Source: Eledone cirrhosa
Taxonomy: Eukaryota
Direction of reading: 5' to 3'
Length of the DNA: 64,000 nucleotides
NCBI GenBank assembly: GCA_964016885.1
Contig: OZ024745.1
Location: forward strand, 83,638,001-83,702,000
How positions within the stretch are numbered: position 1 is the stretch's first letter; every line of letters starts with the position of its first letter. Made by a program: the position numbers and the translations under genes. The notes beneath the pieces were generated by a model. That model was not told where the DNA came from. It searched no databases and saw nothing but the letters and a program-made list of their open reading frames with translations. Of this stretch, positions 24,601-37,613 are shown piece by piece.

Positions 24601-26121
24601 AATCTTGATCGGAGGAACGTGATAAGAGAGCTTGATCAAGAAAAAACTTACAAATATCTAGGTGTTTGTGAAGGAGACGGAATCAAGCACTCGACAATGA
24701 GGGAAAGGATAAGGAAGGAATGTTACCGCAGAGTCAGAGCAATCTTAAGAACGGAATTGAATGCAAGGAATAGGCTCGATGCCATAAACACGCTTGCCAT
24801 ACCAGTAGTAACCTACAGTTACAATGTCATCAAATGGTCAAGCACAGAGATCCGTAGGCTCGATACAAAAATCCGAAAACTCTTAACCATGCACAGAATG
24901 CATCACTCTAAGGCAGACATAGATAGAATATATCTCCCTAGGAAAGAAGGAGGACGTGGGTTAATCCAGTTAGATGAAAACTGCAACAATTGGATTATCC
25001 ACATATCTAAGGGAATCACATGATTGGATGATCAAACTCGTTTTGAAACACGAAAGCACCAAAAGATCATATTCCATCACAAAAGATGCACAAAGATACA
25101 GTAATGGACTACAAATTTCAGAAGTCCCATTTACTGCTGAAATGGAAAACACAGAAAAAGCAAAGCAGGTAAAAGTAAATTCAAAGAAAGAACTGCTACA
25201 GAAACTGGCTAAGAAATGGCAAGAAAAGCCGCTGTATGGAAAATACCCAGAGCGAGCTAACAATCCTGATGTTGACAAAACTTTAACCCATCAGTGGTTG
25301 GCATCCTCTGGACTGAAATCGGAGACTGAAGGACTGATTATATCGGCACAAGATCAGTGTCTGCCAACAAAAAATTACCAAGCCAACATAATAAAAAATG
25401 GGTGCAGCCCATTATGCCGTGTATGCAAAAAACAACCAGAGACCATTGACCATATAATTTCAATGTGCAGTCCTATAGCTCCAACCGAATACCTAAACAG
25501 GCATGACAGAGCTGCACAATACATACATTGGATAATGTGTAAGCATTTTGACCTGCCCCATCAAAAGAATTGGTGGGAGCATCAACCACCTCCCATACTT
25601 GAAAAAGATCACATCTCAATCTTGTGGAACTTTAGCATCCAAACAGACCGAAAAATAGATGCAAATAGACCTGATATAATATTGAAAGACTTTCAAAGGA
25701 GGGTATGCCTGCTAATTGATATGTCTGTTCCAATAGACAAGAATGTATCTATAAAAACATTTGAAAAATTGAGCAAGTATAAGGACCTGGAGATTGAAAT
25801 TGGAAACATCTGGAAATTGAGAACTAAAACAATACCAGTGTTTGTAGGCGCTCTGGGAATGATACCTAAGGGGTCTAACGACTACTTATCGCAAATCCCA
25901 GGAAACCCGCGTATAGGAGAAATAAAAAAGATATTACTAATGGCAACTGGCTATATACTAAGGAAGATCCTGTCAATATAAGTACATCACAAGTCTAAAC
26001 ACTAAGGATGCATGTGTGAATATGTATGTTCTTTCTTGAACATGGCGGACCTTGTTGTCTCTTGAGGTCACTTGTTGTGACTTGGTGATAACTCGTATAA
26101 ACATAAAGCAAGAAAAATGCA

Positions 26122-26151
<30 letters not shown>
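21657..26151 (+). mobile_element. Dong-like family B, copy B1 (partial leader, disrupted ORF)
   Basis: ORF from 22339 with stops at about 23833 and 24022 and a deletion near 24973; YMDD; (AAT)n tail. Confidence 0.92.
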
Positions 26152-26153
<2 letters not shown>

Positions 26154-27900
26154 CAAAACCATTAATCACCTGTTCTACATGGATGACCTGAAACTATTTG
26201 CAAAAAATGATGAACAATTGCAAGGGCTATTATCCACTGTGAAGCAGTTCAGTGATGACATTAAAATGGAGTTTGGACTGGATAAATGCGCCAAAGCAAC
26301 GTTCACCAGAGGAAAGCTGCTGAAGAGTTCAGACATTAATCTTGATCGGAGGAACGTGATAAGAGAACTTGATCAAGAAAAAACTTACAAATATCTAGGT
26401 GTTTGTGAAGGAGACGGAATCAAGCACTCGACAATGAGGGAAAGGATAAGGAAGGAATGTTACCGCAGAGTAAGAGCAATCTTAAGAACGGAATTGAATG
26501 CAAGGAATAGGATCGATACCATAAACACGCTTGCCAGACCAGTAGTAACCTACAGTTACAATGTCATCAACTGATCAAGCACAGAGATCCGTAGGCTCGA
26601 TACAAAAATTCGAAAACTCTTAACCATGCACAGAATGCATCACCCTAAGACACATATAGATAGAATATATCTCCCTAGGAAAGAAGGAGGATGTGGGTTA
26701 ATCCAGTTAGACATTGCGTTGAAAACTGCAACAATTGGATTATCTACATATCTAAGGGAATCACATGATTGGATGATCAAACTCGTTTTGAAACACGAAA
26801 GCATCAAAAGATCATATTCCATTCCATTACAAAAGATACACAAAGATACAGTAATGGACTACAAATTTCAGAAGTCCCATTTACTGCTGAAATGGAAAAC
26901 ACAGAAAAAGCAAAGCAGGTAAAAGTAACTGCAAAGAAAGAACTGCTACAGAAACTGGCTACGAAATGGCAAGAAAAGCCTCTGTATGGAAAATACCCAG
27001 AGCGAGCTAACAATCCTGATGTTGACAAAACTTTAACCCATCAGTGGTTGGCATCCTCTGGACTGAAATCGGAGACTGAAGGACTGATTATATCAGCACA
27101 AGATCAGTGTCTGCCAACAAAAAATTACCAAGCCAACATAATAAAAAATGGATGCAGCCCATTATGCCGTGTATGCAAAAAACAACCAGAGACCATTGAC
27201 CATATAATTTCAATGTGCAGTCCTATAGCTCCAACCGAATACCTAAACAGGCATGACAGAGCTGCACAATACATACATTGGATAATGAGTAAGCATTTTG
27301 ACCTGCCCCATCAAAAGAATTGGTGGGAGCATCAACCATCTCCCATACTTGAAAAAGATCACATCTCAATCTTGTGGAACTTTAGCATCCAAACAGACCG
27401 AAAAATAGATGCAAATAGACCTGATATAATATTGAAGGACTTCAAAAAGAGGGTATGCCTGCTAATTGATATGTCTGTTCCAATAGACAAGAATGTATCT
27501 ATAAGAACATTTGAAAAATTGAGCAAGTATAAGGACCTGGAGATAGAAATTGGAAAAATGTGGAAATTGAGAACTAAAACAATACCAGTGGTTGTAGGCG
27601 CTCTGGGAATGATACCTAAGGGGTCTAATGATTACTTATCGTAAATCCCAGGAAACTCGCGTATAGGAGAAATACAAAAGATAGTACTAATGGGAACTGC
27701 CCATATACTAAAGAAGATTCTGTCAATATAAGTACATCACAAGTCTAAACACTAAAGATGCATGTGTGAGTATGTATGTTCTTTCTTGAACATGGCGGAC
27801 CTTGTTGTCTCTTGAGGTCACTGGTTGTGACTTGGTGATAACTCGTATGAACATAAAGCAAGATAAATGCAAATGTAATAATAATAATAATAATAATAAT
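26150..27900 (+). mobile_element. Dong-like family B, copy B2 (5'-truncated)
   Basis: Starts just before YMDD, directly after (AAT)n; RLE C-terminus, 3' UTR, (AAT)n tail. Confidence 0.9.
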
Positions 27901-30900
27901 GAAGGGAAGAAGACGCACGTAGAAGGTCATGAAATCGCTCCCGTAAGTTTTGAATTTTTAACATATTTAAATCATTTGTGGTATAACAACTCTTAGTACA
28001 AATGCTACGTAAAGCATCCGGCTTGAGCCCCAAAATAATTCGGACCCAAAATATATTGTTATAAGGCTCAAATATTCAAATATTCAACTTTGTATTGTAC
28101 ATTGCATATTCAAAAAAGAAAATGGCTATAAATGGAAGAAGAAGAACCCACCCCTCCTCTGTCTACACTATATAGAATAGCCAAACAACACCAATCTCAC
28201 CAACACCAGAAACTAGATACAACACCTACCCCATCACCTCTCTGTTTACACTAAACACAACAGCCAGATAACGGCAATTTCACCACCACCACAACCAATC
28301 TCAACATAATAATGATAATAATAAATATTATTATTATTATTGGCTCAAGTTTTAACAAAATGCTTAATTCCAACATTAAGGGAATTTATGTCAACACATG
28401 TACGAGACTAACCCCATAGATTCACCGAACGGACATCAGTAACGACAACGCCGCCCATCCATCATTACTACCACTACCCCATCACTGCCGCCACCACTCC
28501 TTCATGGCTACCACCGCTACAACACCATCACTACAGTAATACGATCACATTACCACCACCACTGCCATCATTACTACCACTATCCAATCACCGCCGCCAC
28601 CGCTCCTTCATTGCTACCACCGCTACAACACCATCACTACAGTAATACGATCACATCACCACCACCACTGCCTCAGTAGCGACATCACCACCACCACTGT
28701 CTCAGTATCGCTACCGCCGCTATTCTCTCCCATTGCTTCCTGCTAGTTGCTGCCACCACATTATAGAATTCCTACTTAAAAAGAGGAAGGCATCAAAATA
28801 TATAGATAGAATCAAAAGAAAAAACAAACATCAAAACCAAAGCAGCACAGCAACAACAACAAAAAAAGAGAAAAACAAACAGAGAAAAACAAAAACAAAA
28901 AAAACGTAAAGAAAATAAGAATGAAGAGAGAAACAAGCGGATGGACAGAGAAGAGAAGGGAAAAACTAAGCCAGACATTCGAACACTACATTACAATGAA
29001 ACTTATGCTTATTCATTTTTGGGGTTTTTTCTGCCTGTTTGTTTGTTTGTTTGTTTGTGTTCGTCTACAGCGTGGTGATAATGCCACACAAGAGCCAAGT
29101 GGAGCGGCGCAACCACCGGAGACGGTAAATCCACAGATGGTTATGTAACCATACATTCGCCAATCCTCGATAGGAGTGTTTAAATATCGAACCTAAACAG
29201 TTCGAATAACGGTGAAATGGAGACTAGAACGTCATGTGACAGACTCTCACCCAACAGGTGCTCCCTGGCTCAGCAGCAGGAACCTGGCTGTCAACCAAAT
29301 ACTGCTGGTGTCGGAGGAAGAAGAAGAAGGAAAGGGCCCAGAACCAACTGGACGAAAGAATTGAATAGAACTGTTATGCAATGTTACCTGAAAAGTAACC
29401 CCAAGGAGAGGGGCTATAGGAGACGGATGCATAACATCTGGAACGATATTGGTCTATTTAAATTAGATGAACAAAAATTGGCCGGGCAGGCTCGGGTAAT
29501 AAGAACTAATGGGTGGATAAGCGAGCTGGAACTGGAGGAACTGAGCAGAGAGATTAGCTTGGAGATGGAGGGTGGAGTATGCCAGGCAAACGAGCCAGTG
29601 GGAAATGAAGGTGAAGAGGTCGAGAGAACAGAGGAACCACCCGAAGCAGACAATGATCTGAATACTGAGATAAATAATACCTGGAGCCGAGATACAGCCA
29701 CTGAGGAGATGAATGCTGACGGGCTAGGACAAGATTCGGTTGACATCCTAAATTTAGTGGTAGATGAATTGAACAATGATAGTGGGAGACCTATGAACCT
29801 AAGATTTGTAGACAGGAAAAAGTTAAAAGAAACAACAGCTAAGTCATCCCATACCTTGAGGCGAGGAGCCTTCACCAGTGCAACAATATCCTCAAAGCAA
29901 CAGCAAATACGGTGAGGAAACTACTTGGTATAAAAGCGAGAGGAAACAACAGACAAGAAAGAGCAGAGCCTTGGTGGAAGAAACGACTGAGTGGTCAAAT
30001 CAGGGTAATGAGAAATGACATTGGAAAGCTTGAGTCACTACTGAATGGGACACTAAAAAATATAGGTACTAAAAATAGACTGGAAATAAAGTACAAAACT
30101 AGGAGGAAAAAGCTAAATATTATCATAGAGGAACTGAAGCAACGCATTGTAGCAAAGAGTGCAAAAATCAGGCGATACGAGAACAGAGTCAGTCAGTATA
30201 AACAGAACGGCATGTCTGACAACAACCAGAAGATGCTGTTTGGACAGCTTGAGGGGAAAGAAAGAGGCAACGACTTGATCCCTGAGGCGGAACAAACTAA
30301 AACATTCTGGAGAGGAATATGGGAGCAGGATGTTAGACATAATGACCAGGCAGGGTGGATTGAGACAGTACAGAGGGAGATCGGTGAGCAGGCACACCAA
30401 CAAACTGATTTGAGTATCACAGTTGAAACTCTTAAGGGGCAGGCCAAAAAACTAACCAACTGGAAATCACCAGGCCCAGATGGTGTGCAGGGGTATTGGA
30501 TTAAAAATATAACATCCCTCCACCCGAAACTGACAACCATGTTCAATGACTGCTTGATGTTAGGTGAGGTACCAGAGTGGTTGACAAAAGGTACCACAGT
30601 TCTGATAATGAAAGACCGAATCAAGGGTAATGATGTTACCAACTATAGACCTATCACATGTCTGCCCGTAATGTGGAAACTGTTGACGAGCATTGTGTCT
30701 GAGGAAATCTACCATCACCTCCACACAAACAACTTGTTACCGGACGAACAGAAAGGATGCCGAAAGAAGTCACGTGGTACAAAGGAGCAGTTACTTATTG
30801 ATAAGATGGTAATGGGGAAGTAGACACACTGATCTTGCCATGGGATGGATAGACTACAGAAAGGCATTTGACATGGTGCCTCATTCTTGGATCACCAAAA

Positions 30901-32664
30901 GCCTGGAGATCTTCAAGGTGGCAGATAACATCAGACAGTTGTTGGGCAAGAGTATGAGGTCCTGGGAAACAGAGTTGACATCAACTGGAGAATCCTTGGG
31001 AAGCGTGAGGATCAAGAGAGGTATCTTCCAGGGAGATAGCCTGTCCCCCTCTGCTGTTTGTCCTTGCCCTGATGCCCCTGACCAGTGTACTGCGAAAAGT
31101 GAGAGCAGGATACGGGTTGGGAAAGGGAGGGCTTACCATCAATCACCTACTCTTCATGGACGATCTTAAGCTCTTCGGGAAGAGTGAGAAGGAGTTGGAT
31201 GTGCTTGTTGACACTGTCCGTATTTTCAGCAGTGATATATGTATGCAGTTTGGTATTAGTAAGTGTGGAGTCATTGTGATGAGGAGGGGTAGGTTGAGCA
31301 GAAGTAACGGAATCCAGATACCAACAGGTGAGATGATAAAGGAATTGACTCTGAGGAAGGATACAAGTATTTGGGCGTTCTGGAGGCTGATGGCATAAAA
31401 AACAAAAAAATGAAGGAATTGTTAAGAACTGAATACATTCGGAGAATAAGGAGCGTATTGATGTCACATCTGAACAGCAGAAATGCCATAAGCGCAGTAA
31501 ATTCCCGAGCTGTGTCTATTATTAGGTACAGTGCGGGAATTCTGAGATGGAATGTTGCTGAACAAAAAGAAATTGATAGGAAGACTAGGAAGCTATTGAC
31601 TATCTACAACATGTTCCATAAGAGGAGTGATGTCGATAGACTCTACCTAAGGAGATCCGAGGGTGGAAGAGGTCTTATCAGCATAGAGGACTGTGTTCAG
31701 ATGGAGAAAAACAACCTACACAAATACGTGACTGATAGTAGGGAGCCAATGCTCAGAACTGTACTGAAGGAGGGGACAATAGGCCAGGGGATGTCCAAGG
31801 AGGAAATAACATCAAGGAGACGGAGCAGCCTTCAGGAAAAATCCCTTCATAGTACCTTCTTTGAGAAAACTGAATTTAGAGATCCACAGACATGGAACTG
31901 GTTGAGAAGTGGAGACCTTAAAAAGGCTACAGAAGGAATGTTATTGGCTGCGCAGGAGCAGGCCCTCAAAACGAAGTGGTTGAAACACTATATTTACAAG
32001 GAGGAGACTAGCCCACTGTGCAGGATCTGTGGAGAGAGAGAGGAGACTGTGGCTCATATTGTATCCGAGCGTAAACACCTAGCCCAGACCCACTATAAGG
32101 GCTGGAGACATGATGTGATGGGCAGGGTGAACCACTGGCACCTGTGCAAAGTAAACAATTTACCACATTCTGAGAAATGGTATGAGCATAAGCCAGAGGC
32201 GGTGATGGAGAACGATCAGGTGAAGGTGCTGTGGGATTTTAGGATACAGACGGACAAGAAACTGGAACAGAATAGACCTGACCTGGTGGTTGTGGACAAA
32301 GAAAAAAGATCGTGTCTGATTGTGGATGTGGCCTGCCCATTCGACACGAGAGTGCAAGAGAAGAAGAGGGAGAAAATTAACCGATACCAGGACTTAAAGT
32401 GGGAGGTAAAAAGGATTTGGAACTGCCATGAAGTTAAAGTGATCCCGATTGTCATAGGCACACTGGGGACTATCTCCAAAAGTTTCCAGGGATGGTTAAA
32501 GAAAATCAGACCCTTCACGCTTTTTGGAACGCTTCAAAAGGCATGCTTGCTGGGAACAGCAAGAACCCTCCGATACGTCCTGAATATCTAAGGCTGCAGG
32601 TAGTGGCTTGATATTCATTCCAACGGACTTTCCAGTTAATTAACATCAATGACTGAGATTCAAG

Positions 32665-32709
<45 letters not shown>
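27901..32709 (+). mobile_element. Dong-like family A, copy A4 (full length, with complete leader)
   Basis: Leader 27901-29216, ORF 29217-32591 with frameshifts, (AAT)n tail. Confidence 0.92.
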
Positions 32710-35700
32710 GAAGAAGGGAAGAAGACGCACGAGGTGGTAGAACGTCACGAAATTGCTCCCGTAAGTTTTTTGATTTTTGACATATTTAAATCAATTGTGA
32801 AAGAACAATTCTTAGCACAAATGTTGCATAAAGGCACCGAATGAGGTCCCATAAAGTTTCGGATCCATATTATATTGTTGTAACGCTCAAATATTCAATT
32901 TTGTATTATATATTTTGTATTCAAAAAAAGAAAATGGTTATAAATGGAACAAAACACCCTCTGTCTACACTATATAGAACAGCGGCAATTTCAATTTCAC
33001 CAACACCAGAAACTTGATACACTACCTATCCCATCACACTAAATATAACGGCAACTTCACCGGCATCATAATAATAATTACTATTATTATTGTCTCAAAT
33101 TTAAAAAAATGTTTAATTCAAATTTTACAGGAATATGTCAACACAAAATATAATGAAAATATATATTAAACATACGAACACAAACTCATAGATACTATAT
33201 CAGTAACCACAACACCACCACATCCATCATCGCCGCCACCACTCATTCAATGCTACTGACACTATTCCCCTGTTAACTTGAGAGAGAAAAGGGAAGGTGG
33301 TGGTAGCACTAGACAAGAGAGAGGCTAGCAAAAGATATAAATAGATTGACTTGGTAACCTTGCCACGGACAAATGTCTACATCAACAATTATGGGACTGC
33401 TGGCTCACCCCTTCCTCACCAACAATATAAAAAGCCCCGGCACCACCACCGACATAGCCAGCAGCAATAACAGCCAACTACAACAAAAAGTATATTATAT
33501 TATTGTAATGCACTGGGTGATTGCTGGCCTGGAGTGGAGACAATTATTAATAATTTCATTCTTAAGCCACGCAATGCTCACATTAAGGAACCACTCATGA
33601 TAATAACAATTTAAAAAAAACAACAAAAAGAAAACCCCGTGACCAAGAAATACCGGGATGGCGGCCGGCGGGGAATAGCCATGTCTCTAGGGGAGAACGA
33701 CCCCTCTAGTCTTGGTTGACACTCGTTCTAGAAGTGGTAACACGAAAAGATTACCCCTTGGCGGATAAGGATAAAACGCGACAAAATAAAGTAGATGTCT
33801 AATGATGAAATCTCATACCGGATCGGCCGTCACCCGGGTAAAAAAGGGCCGCGTCCCTCAGAGAGGAACCAGACTGGGGTCGAAAAATCAGCTAATGGTT
33901 CAAACCTTCCCATCACTTCGGAGCTGGAGACCTCCCATAACCGGAATACTCCTACTGTTGGCCCTCCATGCTCACCACCAAGAAATCCAAAGAAAAAGAG
34001 AGAAAAATGGTCAAGGGAAGATAATAAAGAAGTCCTTGAGGCTTTCTACACTGCCATGTACTACCCATCAAATACATCGAATACAGAGCAAACATATATC
34101 AACTGGAAAAAGAAACATCCCGAAAACAGAGGCTATATTGACAGTAACAAACTAGCCAATATACGAAGAAATATTGTAAGAAAAAAGTTACTAACTGATA
34201 TAGAAATTGATCAGATCAAGCTAGTAGCACAAAGTCAGCGAAGGGAAAATGAAGCATGTGTCAGTGAAAACGAGGTAAACTGTAACACTTCGAATCCCAG
34301 AGTTGGGGCGGAATCACTGGCAACAGAACAAATTAAAGAAAGGAGCGAAAAAGTGGAGGGAGTGCATGCTCAGGATGAAACTCCAAATGAAAATAATGAG
34401 ATCGTAAATGATAAAGAAATGAATGAGAATGAACTTGCCAACTTGAAGGATGAAATTATGATCGAATGGATGAAAATGAAAGAATCTGACATGGGGGAAC
34501 GAGACACCCTCCCTAAGATCCAGAACTCCAAACAGAACCAAAAGATAATACACAAGACAAACATAATTCTCAAAAACATTATCATCACAAACAAACTAAG
34601 CATTACTGACTTAAATCATCTCTATTATGCATCGGCTAAAGTCACCACTCACTTATGTGGAGTGAAGATGAAAAAACAAAGGAATTCCCACAAGAAATCT
34701 ACTTGGCAAGATAACATCAATCGCCAAATAAACCTTCTCCGATCTGACATAGAAATTTTAACAAACTATAAAGTAGGTGAACATGTTAAACAAACTAAAC
34801 TTAGAAAATTGAAAAAAAAGTACAGTATAAGATCAACATGTGACATAGACATGCTGATAGAAACAATCAAGCAAAAAGTGTCGGCCAAAGCTGCTCGTAT
34901 AAGGCGCTTTGAAAAACGATCTAGATTCTATAAGGACAATAATATGTTCAAAAACAACCAAAGAAACTTCTACAGAAAAATTGGTAAGTCAACAATAACT
35001 GCTAAATCAATACCACCCAAGGAGGAAGTGCAAGAATTCTGGGAAAAGATCTGGGCCGAAGAAAAAGTTCATAACATACATGCCCCATGGATAGACAGAC
35101 AAATGAAAGAAACAGCTCACCTTGAAGAACAAACATGGGAAAATATAACAGTTGAACAGCTGCGCTTGGCTCTAAGAAAAACCAGCAAATGGAAATCCCC
35201 AGGAAAAGACAAAATACAAAACTTTTGGATAAATGCCTTCACAGAGTCTCATGAGCTGTTAGCCCAACTTTACAATGAAATAGTTAAGGAGCCAGAAAAG
35301 ATACCATCATGGCTAGTTAACGGCATTACATTCCTGCTACCGAAGAATGATGAGACAAACAATCCCAAAAATTACAGACCGATAACCTGCTTGACCACAA
35401 TGTATAAAATTTTAACATCAGTCCTAACTGAATACACATATGACCACCTGATAACAAATGACCTATTTCCCATTGAGCAGAAAGGGTGTAAACGAGGCTC
35501 ATATGGCTGTAAGGATCAGCTTCTGGTTAACAAAATGATACTGGAAGATTGTCATAATAGACACAAAAATCTATCGATTGCTTGGATAGATTATAAAAAA
35601 GCATTTGATAGTTTGCCACACAGTTGGATTGAAAAATGTTTAGAGATTTTCAAAATATCCCCCGTTATCAGGAGGTTTTTGTCATTCAGTATGAGGACAT

Positions 35701-37613
35701 GGAGAACGACACTCCTTTTGAATAGTGAAACAAAATCACTGGAAGCTGGAGAAGTTAACATTAATTGTGGAATTTTTCAGGGTGACTCTTTATCACCGCT
35801 TTTATTCTGCATCGCACTTATACCATTAAGTAAAATGCTCAATGAAACAAAACATGGATATAGAGTCTATGACAAAACCATTAATCACCTGTTCTACATG
35901 GATGACCTGAAACTATTTGCAAAAAATGATGAACAATTGCAAGGGCTATTATCCACTGTGAAGCAGTTCAGTGATGACATTAAAATGGAGTTTGGACTGG
36001 ATAAATGCGCCAAAGCAACGTTCACCAGAGGAAAGCTGCTGAAGAGTTCAGACATTAATCTTGATCGGGGGAACGTGATAAGAGAGCTTGATCAAGAACA
36101 AACTTACAAATATCTAGGTGTTTGTGAAGGAGACGGAATCAAGCACTCGACAATGAGGGAAAGGATAAGGAAGGAATGTTACCGCAGAGTCAGAGCAATC
36201 TTAAGAACGGAATTGAATGCAAGGAATAGGATCGATGCCATAAACACGCTTGCCATACCAGTAGTAACCTACAGTTACAATGTCATCAACTGGTCAAGCA
36301 CAGAGATCCGTAGGCTCGATACAAAAATCCGAAAATTCTTAACCATGCACAGAATGCATCACCCTAAGGCAGACATAGATAGAATATATCTCCCTAGGAA
36401 AGAAGGAGGACGTGGGTTAATCCAGTTAGACATTGCGTTGAAAACTGCAACAATTGGATTATCCACATATCTAAGGGAATCACATGATTGGATGATCAAA
36501 CTCGTTTTGAAACACGAAAGCACCAAAAGATCATATTCCATTACAAAAGATGCACAAAGATACAGTAATGGACTACAAATTTCAGAAGTCCCATTTACTG
36601 CTGAAATGGAAAACACAGAAAAAGCAAAGCAGGTAAAAGTAACTGCAAAGAAAGAACTGCTACAGAAACTGGCTAAGAAATGGCAAGAAAAGCCTCTGTA
36701 TGGAAAATACCCAGAGCGAGCTAACAATCCTGATGTTGACAAAACTTTAACCCATCAGTGGTTGGCATCCTCTGGACTGAAATCGGAGACTGAAGGACTG
36801 ATTATATCCGCACAAGATCAGTGTCTGCCAACAAAAAATTACCAAGCCAACATAATAAAAAATGGGTGCAGCCCATTATGCCGTGTATGCAAAAAACAAC
36901 CAGAGACCATTGACCATATAATTTCAATGTGCAGTCCTATAGCTCCAACCGAATACCTAAACAGGCATGACAGAGCTGCACAATACATACATTGGATAAT
37001 GTGCAAGCATTTTGACCTGCCCCATCAAAAGAATTGGTGGGAGCATCAACCACCTCCCATACTTGAAAAAGATCACATCTCAATCTTGTGGAACTTTAGC
37101 ATCCAAACAGACCGAAAAATAGATGCAAATAGACCTGATATAATATTGAAGGACTTTCAAAGGAGGGTATGCCTGCTAATTGATATGTCTGTTCCAATAG
37201 ACAAGAATGTATCTATAAAAACATTTGAAAAATTGAGCAAGTATAAGGACCTGGAGATAGAAATTGGAAAAATGTGGAAATTGAGAACTAAAACAATACC
37301 AGTGGTTGTAGGCGCTCTGGGAATGATACCTAAGGGGTCTAACGACTACTTATCGCAAATCCCAGGAAACCCGCGTATAGGAGAAATACAAAAGATAGTA
37401 CTAATGGGAACTGCCCATATACTAAGGAAGATCCTGTCAATATAAGTACATCACAAGTCTAAACACTAAGGATGCATGTGTGAATATGTGTGTTCTTTCT
37501 TGAACATGGCGGACCTTGTTGTCTCTTGAGGTCACTGGTTGTGACTTGGTGATAACTCGTATAAACATAAAGCAAGATAAATGCAAATAATAATAATAAT
37601 AATAATAATAATA
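32710..37613 (+). mobile_element. Dong-like family B, copy B3 (full length, intact ORF)
   Basis: Leader, structured 5' UTR, 1216-aa ORF, 3' UTR, (AAT)n tail. Confidence 0.95.
33795..37445 (+). CDS. Intact R4/Dong-clade RT-RLE polyprotein (1216 aa)
   Basis: [77 protein letters not shown]. Confidence 0.95.
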   Translation: MSNDEISYRIGRHPGKKGPRPSERNQTGVEKSANGSNLPITSELETSHNRNTPTVGPPCSPPRNPKKKREKWSREDNKEVLEAFYTAMYYPSNTSNTEQTYINWKKKHPENRGYIDSNKLANIRRNIVRKKLLTDIEIDQIKLVAQSQRRENEACVSENEVNCNTSNPRVGAESLATEQIKERSEKVEGVHAQDETPNENNEIVNDKEMNENELANLKDEIMIEWMKMKESDMGERDTLPKIQNSKQNQKIIHKTNIILKNIIITNKLSITDLNHLYYASAKVTTHLCGVKMKKQRNSHKKSTWQDNINRQINLLRSDIEILTNYKVGEHVKQTKLRKLKKKYSIRSTCDIDMLIETIKQKVSAKAARIRRFEKRSRFYKDNNMFKNNQRNFYRKIGKSTITAKSIPPKEEVQEFWEKIWAEEKVHNIHAPWIDRQMKETAHLEEQTWENITVEQLRLALRKTSKWKSPGKDKIQNFWINAFTESHELLAQLYNEIVKEPEKIPSWLVNGITFLLPKNDETNNPKNYRPITCLTTMYKILTSVLTEYTYDHLITNDLFPIEQKGCKRGSYGCKDQLLVNKMILEDCHNRHKNLSIAWIDYKKAFDSLPHSWIEKCLEIFKISPVIRRFLSFSMRTWRTTLLLNSETKSLEAGEVNINCGIFQGDSLSPLLFCIALIPLSKMLNETKHGYRVYDKTINHLFYMDDLKLFAKNDEQLQGLLSTVKQFSDDIKMEFGLDKCAKATFTRGKLLKSSDINLDRGNVIRELDQEQTYKYLGVCEGDGIKHSTMRERIRKECYRRVRAILRTELNARNRIDAINTLAIPVVTYSYNVINWSSTEIRRLDTKIRKFLTMHRMHHPKADIDRIYLPRKEGGRGLIQLDIALKTATIGLSTYLRESHDWMIKLVLKHESTKRSYSITKDAQRYSNGLQISEVPFTAEMENTEKAKQVKVTAKKELLQKLAKKWQEKPLYGKYPERANNPDVDKTLTHQWLASSGLKSETEGLIISAQDQCLPTKNYQANIIKNGCSPLCRVCKKQPETIDHIISMCSPIAPTEYLNRHDRAAQYIHWIMCKHFDLPHQKNWWEHQPPPILEKDHISILWNFSIQTDRKIDANRPDIILKDFQRRVCLLIDMSVPIDKNVSIKTFEKLSKYKDLEIEIGKMWKLRTKTIPVVVGALGMIPKGSNDYLSQIPGNPRIGEIQKIVLMGTAHILRKILSI

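Noticed and set aside
27901-27990. Spliced-leader RNA gene as an insertion target
   Set aside because: Short exon plus GTAAGT fits, but the exon sequence varies between copies and families and there is no consistent Sm site or SL fold
37581-37613. MQIIIIIII N-terminus of the 339-aa ORF
   Set aside because: Artefact of reading through the previous copy's 3' UTR and (AAT)n
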